Positions 57,610-64,000 of a stretch of DNA of 64,000 nucleotides are shown here, in pieces (the first letter of the stretch is position 1; each line of letters starts with the position of its first letter). The notes under the pieces were generated by a model. The model was not told the origin of the DNA and did no database searches. It saw only the letters and a program-made list of their open reading frames with translations. The position numbers were made by a program, and so were the translations under genes. This DNA comes from a virus (taxonomy: Duplodnaviria; Heunggongvirae; Uroviricota; Caudoviricetes). The stretch lies in IMG/VR virus record IMGVR_UViG_3300015610_000614, positions 35,694 to 99,693 of that record, one strand, 5' to 3'.

Positions 57610-58236
57610 TCAAATCTTAATTCCTAGTTTTTGTAGATGCTCTAGCGAGCCGAGTTCTTCTGCAGGTTGATAAGCGAATTGAGCCCATGCCGGATCGGGT
57701 AGCCAGATGCGGTATACCATGTTACCTTTAGCATCAATAAATAGCCCATGAACCTTTGCGATTGAATTATAACGTGCGGCAAATACTACATCACCTTCGT
57801 TAAATTCTTTTCGCATAGCTTCTTCGGGAATTAGTCCAGGCTTACGATAATCGTGCGAAGTATTACGAATAGGTACTGCATACTTATCTAGCACATACTT
57901 AATGACTTCGGTGCTACGATAAGAGGATTCTGCAATACTGGATACAGGCTCTCCACTGAGATACTCTTGAATAATGTACTTAGCTTCTTCCAGGTCAACA
58001 GGCTTACCACGCTTTTCAGCGCGTCGTTTTGCAGTACGTTCCTTCTTTTCTAGGTATTCCTTAATGATCTTATCTAGCCGAGTGGTATTGTACGCAATAT
58101 TAAGAATTGCGCAAGCCTCTTTCTTTGTGATAGGCTTCTTACCTTCCTCTTTAGGATCGAGTCCAGCAATTGCTTTTTCAATTGAAGAAGGGTCTAGGCG
58201 TTCTTCGTCGCCATTTTTAGTACGTCGAGTTGCCAT
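57610..58236 (-). CDS. Hypothetical protein
   Basis: 208 aa ORF. Confidence 0.3.
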   Translation of the reverse strand: MATRRTKNGDEERLDPSSIEKAIAGLDPKEEGKKPITKKEACAILNIAYNTTRLDKIIKEYLEKKERTAKRRAEKRGKPVDLEEAKYIIQEYLSGEPVSSIAESSYRSTEVIKYVLDKYAVPIRNTSHDYRKPGLIPEEAMRKEFNEGDVVFAARYNSIAKVHGLFIDAKGNMVYRIWLPDPAWAQFAYQPAEELGSLEHLQKLGIKI

Positions 58237-58261
58237 AAATTTCCTAGTTATCAGAGATAAT

Positions 58262-58290
58262 TATAAAGCAAAGTAAGTACTTATTCAAGA
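58262..58290 (-). promoter_or_regulatory. Promoter (TTGAAT, 17-bp spacer, TATAAT) downstream of a terminator
   Basis: Minus strand ttgaataagtacttactttgctttataat. Confidence 0.5.
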
Positions 58291-58291
58291 T

Positions 58292-58323
58292 CAAAAAACA
58301 AAGGGTAGCCGAAGCTACCCTTT
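58292..58323 (-). terminator. Rho-independent terminator
   Basis: Minus strand aaagggtagc ttcg gctaccctttgtttttt. Confidence 0.75.
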
Positions 58324-58326
58324 ATA

Positions 58327-58689
58327 TTAGGCTAGAAGCCCTGCGAAGTACACAGCGGCCTTGCCAGTTAGCTTGCTGAGAATGTCCTCGTCGACCTCCT
58401 TGCCAGCATCTTCGATTGCCTTCTTAAGGGCACCGATAGCATCTTCCTTGCTTACGCGCTTAGAACCTTCACCAGTCTTCTTCTCACCAGAAGCAGACTT
58501 AGAAGCAGATGCAGCAGCATCCTTCTTAACGTATACGCCGGCCTGCATTAGAACCATACGAACACCGTTTGCCGATTCTTCTAGTTCGTCAGCAATCTGC
58601 TTGACTAGCTCAGTCGAGTTTTCAGGAGTAGGATTGCGCTCCTTGTACATTTCAACAACGCGCGCCTTGTTTTCTTCAGTCCATGCCAT
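58327..58689 (-). CDS. Hypothetical protein
   Basis: 120 aa ORF. Confidence 0.3.
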   Translation of the reverse strand: MAWTEENKARVVEMYKERNPTPENSTELVKQIADELEESANGVRMVLMQAGVYVKKDAAASASKSASGEKKTGEGSKRVSKEDAIGALKKAIEDAGKEVDEDILSKLTGKAAVYFAGLLA

Positions 58690-58705
58690 AATTTAAATTC
58701 CTTGT

Positions 58706-58969
58706 TTAGTGAATAGAGTTATATTTTACATAAGAATAGCCAAACTTCGCAAGATCAGATTTTTCTAGTAGGGACATAACCCTAATATAACACCTACAAA
58801 TAGCATATAGCTCTTCGGTGTCTACTACTGATTCAGGGAAGTCTTCCAAAGATGTATCATCTGGAAGAGTGCTAGCCATCTTAGAGATTGCATCAAGATA
58901 TTCCGTAGCTTTTACAAACGTGTTGTAAAGTACGTCGTTTTCTTCTTTAGATATGTTCGCTGCTGACAT
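58706..58969 (-). CDS. Hypothetical protein
   Basis: 87 aa ORF. Confidence 0.3.
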   Translation of the reverse strand: MSAANISKEENDVLYNTFVKATEYLDAISKMASTLPDDTSLEDFPESVVDTEELYAICRCYIRVMSLLEKSDLAKFGYSYVKYNSIH

Positions 58970-59219
58970 TTGTCATCTTAAGCGGATCGAACCGCTTGTA
59001 ACTGTGCTTTAGATCAAATCGCATAGCGATACGAGTCATCTGATCCTTAAATGAGTCTACCAGATCATTAACGGCATTTGCATAATCTTGCATCAGTTCT
59101 GGGTCCATATCGGACAGGTCATATCCAGTATGGAAACTATCTGCTGGATGTACAACATGCATAACACGCTGCGAGGTAGAACCATTATCCTTAGTATAGG
59201 TGAACTCAAGAATTTGCAT
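58947..59219 (-). CDS. Hypothetical protein
   Basis: 90 aa ORF. Confidence 0.3.
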   Translation of the reverse strand: MQILEFTYTKDNGSTSQRVMHVVHPADSFHTGYDLSDMDPELMQDYANAVNDLVDSFKDQMTRIAMRFDLKHSYKRFDPLKMTNVSSEHI

Positions 59220-59249
59220 AAAAGCCCTTAATCAATCGAATAAGTATCT

Positions 59250-59278
59250 ATTATAGATAATTTAAGAACCTGGATCAA
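59250..59278 (-). promoter_or_regulatory. Promoter (TTGATC, 17-bp spacer, TATAAT) with the conserved ATCTATTATAGAT block
   Basis: Minus-strand -10 at 59250-59255 and -35 at 59273-59278. Confidence 0.5.
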
Positions 59279-59288
59279 TATCAAAATT

Positions 59289-59555
59289 TTATTCTTCGTC
59301 AGCGCGCTTACTGAATTCGACGATTAAGCTATCGTAGGTAATCGCACTAAACGAAGGAACAATATATAGTACTAATGTTACGGGGGTAAATAGCGTTGCC
59401 ATTAAGAAGCTTACCCATTTGCAAGTAATAGGGTATTCATGTGCAATCGACCCTGGCACAGAACGAGCAACACCTAGGGCAGGCCATCCAATACTCCAGG
59501 AAAAGCAAATGCCAGTTACTAGCATTGGTAGTAAAATTGCTAGTAAAATATTCAT
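59289..59555 (-). CDS. Small membrane protein
   Basis: 88 aa with two hydrophobic helices. Confidence 0.35.
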   Translation of the reverse strand: MNILLAILLPMLVTGICFSWSIGWPALGVARSVPGSIAHEYPITCKWVSFLMATLFTPVTLVLYIVPSFSAITYDSLIVEFSKRADEE

Positions 59556-59953
59556 TAATCCACCCCTAGCCCTAGGGTACGTACTGCGATGCTAAACATC
59601 TGACGTTCCTTAAATTCAGGCAGCTTAAACGTATCTTTATTAATCTTACCAGCAGCTGTTAGAGCGGGTGCGGAAACCTTGTCATTAGTAGAAAATACCG
59701 CACTATTAAAACTACCCTTAAACAGCTTAAATAGCTGTGCAATAGTCTTCTTAGATCCACCAAATAGGCGAGTATTAGGTGTCTTACGACGATAGTGAAT
59801 ATCCTTTAGAGCTACTGCGATTTGCTCATTTTCAGGATTCTTTTCCTTCGCTCGCGCAAGACGCTTACGGCGATTAGTTTCGTAAGTCTTACCATTCTTA
59901 TATGCAGTGTAGCGAGCCTTGTGACCAGCGCCTACGCGCTTACCTTTTGCCAT
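59555..59953 (-). CDS. Hypothetical basic protein
   Basis: Highly basic N-terminus (MAKGKRVGAGHKARYTAYKNGKTYETNRRKRLARAKEK). Confidence 0.3.
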   Translation of the reverse strand: MAKGKRVGAGHKARYTAYKNGKTYETNRRKRLARAKEKNPENEQIAVALKDIHYRRKTPNTRLFGGSKKTIAQLFKLFKGSFNSAVFSTNDKVSAPALTAAGKINKDTFKLPEFKERQMFSIAVRTLGLGVD

Positions 59954-59957
59954 TTAT

Positions 59958-60641
59958 TTATTCTCCGTAAGTGTTTAGCGCTTCAGTTACGCTAGGGAAA
60001 TGTTCAGCTAGGATGGGTAGTACGCCTGCTGCAACGTCCATGTGTTCTTTTTGAGTGCCACTACCAGGCCCCCGTGCTTGTAGATAGTGAATCCAAGAAC
60101 GAATAGTACCAGCCATATATAGGCGACTCTTGGTAAGGCCTTCTGGTAGAACATTGCGTGCTACCTCTTTAGCAATACCTAATTCAATAGCTTCTTTGTA
60201 TAGATCTTGCGCATTAGTCATTAACGCGTACTGCGCATCATCCCACCATGCGCGAAGACCATCGTCCTCAGTAACAATACTATTCTGACGATTCTTAGTA
60301 TCTTGTAGTCGTGCTTCGCTCTTAACGTACATTTCGCCCATAGCAGCAGGATCAGCATAGCGCTGGCTGAATTCCTGGAACGAGAATGAGCGGTGACGCA
60401 CAATCTGGTGAGCAATAGCACGAGTAGTCTCGATCTCCACAGTCATGCTAGCCATTTCAAACGGCGACCAGTGTTTATGTTTAATTAGGTATGATAGCAA
60501 CTTACCCGAAGTTGCAGTATTCATCTGATTGCTGGGATTACTTACGCGTGCAGCATACGCAATAAATTCATCCGCAGAACCGATACCAGGAATTACAGGG
60601 GCCGTGATGGCCACTAAACGTACTTTAGTTGAAGAAGTCAT
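59958..60641 (-). CDS. thyX: Flavin-dependent thymidylate synthase ThyX
   Basis: RHRSFSFQEFSQRY matches the ThyX RHR-X7-S motif. The ORF opens at 60716; I call the start at the ATG at 60641 (MTSSTKVRLVAITAP). Confidence 0.85.
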   Translation of the reverse strand: MTSSTKVRLVAITAPVIPGIGSADEFIAYAARVSNPSNQMNTATSGKLLSYLIKHKHWSPFEMASMTVEIETTRAIAHQIVRHRSFSFQEFSQRYADPAAMGEMYVKSEARLQDTKNRQNSIVTEDDGLRAWWDDAQYALMTNAQDLYKEAIELGIAKEVARNVLPEGLTKSRLYMAGTIRSWIHYLQARGPGSGTQKEHMDVAAGVLPILAEHFPSVTEALNTYGE

Positions 60642-60996
60642 TAGCGTTAACAGCCTTGTCATCAATCCACAAATTATAATGTGGCTTATTAGGAATAAAT
60701 CGAGTGTACTTAGCACCCCATAGTGCTAGTTGAGCTTTAGTAAATTCAGCCCAATCTTTGCCACTTTGAGCACCACGAGCTGTCCAATAAATAATTTGGT
60801 TGCCCTCGTCGTATAACTTATTAATCTTAGCAATACGATCAACATAAGGCACAGCTTTAGTATAGTCCCCGTGAGTATTAGTACAAATAGTTCCGTCAAT
60901 ATCTACATAGTAGACTAAAGATGGAACTACTTCAGGCAATTCCACTTGAGTGGAAATTGCCTGCAATTGTTGCACTTGAGGATCACTTGACAGCAT
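60625..60996 (-). CDS. HAD-family phosphatase (T5 Dmp-like 5'-deoxynucleotidase, or GmhB-like)
   Basis: YYVDIDGTIC (DxDGT motif I) ... KPHYNLWIDDK (motif IV). Confidence 0.55.
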   Translation of the reverse strand: MLSSDPQVQQLQAISTQVELPEVVPSLVYYVDIDGTICTNTHGDYTKAVPYVDRIAKINKLYDEGNQIIYWTARGAQSGKDWAEFTKAQLALWGAKYTRFIPNKPHYNLWIDDKAVNANDFFN

Positions 60997-61639
60997 GCTG
61001 TACTACCGGCATTAGCCAGAACATAGAAATTAGATATTGGTGAATATCAGGCACATAGTCCATGCTAATAGGCAGCTTGATAGTCTTGCCCTCTTCGAAA
61101 CGACGAGTTACTAGCTGAGTACCAATGCGCTTGTTATACACATCTTCCTTAGCGCAGTAAGCTACAGCCACTTCAATAGTACGACAATCACCGCCCTTTA
61201 CACCACGACGCCAACCAATAGTTACACCGCCTTCGGTACCCTTATGGTAGATAAAAGTAATACCTGGGGTGGGTTTATTAATTTTACCAATAAGTGCAGG
61301 GGTAGTAGACTCTGCCTCAGCAAACTTTTTAAGTGTATCACTACTAAAAGTTCGGCCAGAGCTAGGTAGCTGGGTATCAGTAATATTACGACCCATTAGG
61401 TTAAGTAGAGCAGACATTCTCTTACCCTTCCTACGAGAATGCAGAGCAGCCTTATAAGCATTCATGCTACGTAGATATTCTTGTAGCTTTTCAACAGCCT
61501 CTGTCTGACTACGTGCTTCTACAGTAAACATACTGCGCTTACCGTTATTATCTAGATATTCTACCTTGTACGGCTTAGATACTACAGGAGTAGCCGAGTA
61601 TCCATATCGGAATGAATCTGCAAAGGTATTCTTTTTCAT
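60983..61639 (-). CDS. Hypothetical protein
   Basis: 218 aa ORF. Confidence 0.3.
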   Translation of the reverse strand: MKKNTFADSFRYGYSATPVVSKPYKVEYLDNNGKRSMFTVEARSQTEAVEKLQEYLRSMNAYKAALHSRRKGKRMSALLNLMGRNITDTQLPSSGRTFSSDTLKKFAEAESTTPALIGKINKPTPGITFIYHKGTEGGVTIGWRRGVKGGDCRTIEVAVAYCAKEDVYNKRIGTQLVTRRFEEGKTIKLPISMDYVPDIHQYLISMFWLMPVVQHAVK

Positions 61640-61666
61640 AATTATTTATTAAGTTAGTAAGACTAA

Positions 61667-61695
61667 ATTATATTTCAATTTAGTACTTAAATCAA
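61667..61695 (-). promoter_or_regulatory. Promoter (TTGATT, 17-bp spacer, TATAAT)
   Basis: Minus-strand -35 at 61690-61695 and -10 at 61667-61672. Confidence 0.5.
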
Positions 61696-61705
61696 GACGA
61701 TATTT

Positions 61706-62176
61706 TTAAGCCTCGATAGTTGGAAATCCGTTAGCCTGTTTTTGCGAATCACCTGGCATTACTCGATAGTTGTCTTCGACGCTATCAGGGGTAGATACCT
61801 CGATAATAGTACCTGCTTCTAGACATACTAGCTGATGTGGTAGCAGTGGCGGATTATGCCAAACCATACCTGGAGTTAGTTCAGTAGTACGTACAAACGC
61901 ATCGTCAGTATTAATATGTAGAACACGGAATCGCCCGTTCAATACGTACCAAGTCTCATCTTTTACTGCGTGAAAGTGCATAGAAAACTTTGCACCCTCA
62001 TTAAAGTGCATTAGTTTACCGCAGTATTTATCGTTACTAGCCCAGATTTCTTCAGAGCCCCAGCCTTTATTAATTTTTCCGTGTAAACGTGTCATGTCGT
62101 TGTAGTAATGAATTAATTTCGTTAGTATGCGGAGCGTAACATCCATAATGTTGAACACTAACCGCGGCTGTAGCAT
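61706..62176 (-). CDS. Cupin-fold sugar-phosphate isomerase-like protein (type II PMI C-terminal domain-like)
   Basis: MHFHAVKDETWYVLNGRF...PGMVWHNPPLLPHQL...GTIIEVSTPD fits the cupin PMI pattern. The listed M1 is TTG; ATG candidates are at 62176, 62146 and 62095. Confidence 0.45.
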   Translation of the reverse strand: MLQPRLVFNIMDVTLRILTKLIHYYNDMTRLHGKINKGWGSEEIWASNDKYCGKLMHFNEGAKFSMHFHAVKDETWYVLNGRFRVLHINTDDAFVRTTELTPGMVWHNPPLLPHQLVCLEAGTIIEVSTPDSVEDNYRVMPGDSQKQANGFPTIEA

Positions 62177-62957
62177 TAGCAAAAGCTAACGCCTTATTAA
62201 TATCTTTTGTTTCCAGATAGTTGATTACTAAACCACTCAGGAAGGCATCGCCAGCACCACAAGTATCTAATACTGGTACATCATAGCCAGCATGTAAATC
62301 CCCTGCATAAAATGCACCCATGGAACCCATAGTAACAATCAAACTGGTTCTAGGTAGGTTTACCAAACTATCTGCTTCTGATTTATTTATCTTCACAAAA
62401 CCGTAGGTAATCATACTTAGGTCCCTACGCTTAGTATCAATAAATAGAGGAATACTATGTTGTTTAGCTAAACTACAAATAGCTTTTATATCTTCGTCAG
62501 TAAGAAAGCCCTTGCAATAATCACTAATAACAATAGCACTTATACTACTTATAGCAGGCATGCTAGCAAGACTGAACTTGGTTTTAGCCTCCTTATCATA
62601 ATCGATTCTAAATGCGTATTCGGAAATCATAGTAGTAATCTCACCTAACATGAAGCGTACTTTTAAGCACATTTCATCCGGGTTAGTAGTAAGATCTAGT
62701 ACTTTATATGTAGAAGGTACCGGCCCCTGCAACATCTTACGCATAGTTGCCACAACGTTGGCTGCCATGCCTGGTTTATCATCTACTTTCGCATTGTTAT
62801 TTACAACAAAAGCCGGTACATCTTTTTCTAGATTCTTTTTTGAAAATACTTGTATGTATTTATCAATGCAGGCATCCCCTATAACTAGGATGGTTGATTG
62901 TTGCCGTTGTGGATAGCGAATCTTTTTCCACAAATTTGATATCAGAGCAGTATTCAC
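62070..62957 (-). CDS. D-glycero-beta-D-manno-heptose-7-phosphate kinase (HldE domain I homolog, pfkB family)
   Basis: ILVIGDACIDKY, KPGMAANVV, VISDYCKGFL, PLFIDTKRRD, VLDTCGAGDAFLSGLV, FANATAAVSV all align with E. coli HldE kinase motifs. GTG start at 62957 overlaps the upstream gene by 95 nt; there is no ATG before GMAAN. Confidence 0.75.
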   Translation of the reverse strand: MNTALISNLWKKIRYPQRQQSTILVIGDACIDKYIQVFSKKNLEKDVPAFVVNNNAKVDDKPGMAANVVATMRKMLQGPVPSTYKVLDLTTNPDEMCLKVRFMLGEITTMISEYAFRIDYDKEAKTKFSLASMPAISSISAIVISDYCKGFLTDEDIKAICSLAKQHSIPLFIDTKRRDLSMITYGFVKINKSEADSLVNLPRTSLIVTMGSMGAFYAGDLHAGYDVPVLDTCGAGDAFLSGLVINYLETKDINKALAFANATAAVSVQHYGCYAPHTNEINSLLQRHDTFTRKN

Positions 62958-63279
62958 TTCCTACAATCCTTTTATTCTTATATTCATCACCTTTTACCAT
63001 AATAGGATAATCTAAGTCCTTTATGATAGCGATTAACTCTTCTTCAGAATCAAATTCTACAACCATATCTACGTAGCGTATAGCCTCAAGTACTTTTCTA
63101 CGATTATACGAATTATTAATTGGTCGATTGGCGCCCTTTAAAGTTTTTACACGCGAATCAGTATCAATAGCAACAATAAGTTTATTACCCAAACTGCGAG
63201 CATATTCCAGTAGTCTCACGTGTCCGCGGTGTATCACATCGTACACCCCATTACTTATTATTATTCTACTATTGTCCAT
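62863..63279 (-). CDS. D-glycero-beta-D-manno-heptose-1-phosphate adenylyltransferase (HldE domain II homolog)
   Basis: NGVYDVIHRGHV (HxGH), LIVAIDTDSRVKTLKGANRPIN, VKGDEYK and STT align almost colinearly with HldE residues about 340-470. Confidence 0.8.
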   Translation of the reverse strand: MDNSRIIISNGVYDVIHRGHVRLLEYARSLGNKLIVAIDTDSRVKTLKGANRPINNSYNRRKVLEAIRYVDMVVEFDSEEELIAIIKDLDYPIMVKGDEYKNKRIVGSEYCSDIKFVEKDSLSTTATINHPSYRGCLH

Positions 63280-63992
63280 TTTTTATAAGAGTTGTTTTTA
63301 CCATATTTGCCTAATCGCATTTGTCCTATGCAAAATGCCGAAGAATCTATATTAGAAGCAAATTCTGGTATACTTTTGCAGAATTCTTTTATAGATGTGG
63401 ATACGTGAAACTCTGCCCCCTCTGGTGATAAGAGTTTAAATGGTTTAATTCGGCTTAACGCTTTACCTCTTTTTAGCTCACTTTGCTGTATAGCTATGCT
63501 AAACTCATCTGGGTATTCATCCTTAAGCCAGTGGTGGGCTCTACCAGAAAGTATCGTTTTTACTAGAGATTCGGGTACTTTACATCGTAGAGCTGCCTCT
63601 TTTCTGAACATATTATATTTATATAAACATACTAGTACTTTCAATATAGTAAATCTGGAATGTTTAGAATGGGAGGAAGAGGTTCCTCGGCCACATATAC
63701 CAGCATCAATAATATTATATCCGTTCTTTATGGAATCAAATTCCTTCATATAGTATTCTTCTAGTACTAGAAGTTTATCAGTACTAGTAAGTTCTAGTAT
63801 TTCTAATTTTGGTAGCTCACCAGATATATTGTACTTGTCAGTTAATTTAAAATTAGTATGTCTATTTTTAGACAGATCCCTACAGTGCGTTTTATACCTT
63901 CTATGTATATCCTGGGATTGCCCTATATAAACCCTGTCATCATCTTCCCAGTGTAACAAATAAATACCACAGTGCATAGAAAAATTCCCCAT
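63261..63992 (-). CDS. GIY-YIG homing endonuclease
   Basis: MHCGIYLLHWEDDDRVYIGQSQDIHRRYKTH. The listed M1 is TTG; ATG candidates are at 63992 and 63977. Confidence 0.65.
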   Translation of the reverse strand: MGNFSMHCGIYLLHWEDDDRVYIGQSQDIHRRYKTHCRDLSKNRHTNFKLTDKYNISGELPKLEILELTSTDKLLVLEEYYMKEFDSIKNGYNIIDAGICGRGTSSSHSKHSRFTILKVLVCLYKYNMFRKEAALRCKVPESLVKTILSGRAHHWLKDEYPDEFSIAIQQSELKRGKALSRIKPFKLLSPEGAEFHVSTSIKEFCKSIPEFASNIDSSAFCIGQMRLGKYGKNNSYKKWTIVE

Positions 63993-64000
63993 TTCCAAAT

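Noticed and set aside
55003-59270. Shared 17-nt block AAGTATCTATTATAGAT at 55003 and 59243 as a mobile-element end or attachment repeat
   Set aside because: Both copies sit exactly at the -10 region of minus-strand promoters with correctly spaced -35 hexamers. They are better explained as a promoter subfamily.

Overview
This window is a contiguous piece of a tailed phage genome (siphovirus-type, T5/Demerecviridae-like by gene content, about 40% GC) with two oppositely transcribed modules.

The + strand from 1 to about 33.4 kb is the late module:
- A large terminase flanked by three or four homing-endonuclease genes.
- Portal, an unusual prohead protease-scaffold-major capsid fusion, a gp6-like connector, a 483-aa tail tube protein, two chaperones and a giant 2639-aa tape measure.
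- Two sets of tail tip/fibre genes separated by an internal terminator and promoter.
- A lysis cassette (i-spanin, o-spanin, holin, SLT-type endolysin), then a PhoH ATPase.

The minus strand from about 33.5 to 64 kb is the early/replication/nucleotide-metabolism module:
- A ribonucleotide reductase large subunit interrupted by a group I intron, dUTPase, a T5 D15-like flap endonuclease, a PD-(D/E)XK nuclease, SbcC/SbcD, glutaredoxin and a gp32-like SSB.
- NadV plus NadM-Nudix (NAD+ salvage, NARP2-type).
- An SF2 helicase, a family A DNA polymerase interrupted by a second related group I intron, primase, a DnaB helicase and a split NAD-dependent ligase.
- An SPFH protein with a lipoprotein, ThyX and a HAD phosphatase.
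- A heptose-7-P kinase, a nucleotidyltransferase homologous to HldE domain II and a cupin isomerase, which together look like a phage-borne nucleotide-heptose pathway, followed by a terminal GIY-YIG endonuclease.

At least ten promoters match the sigma70 consensus (TTGACA/TTGAAT, 17-bp spacer, TATAAT), and most operon boundaries carry rho-independent terminators. No tRNA, rRNA or CRISPR array was recognised.
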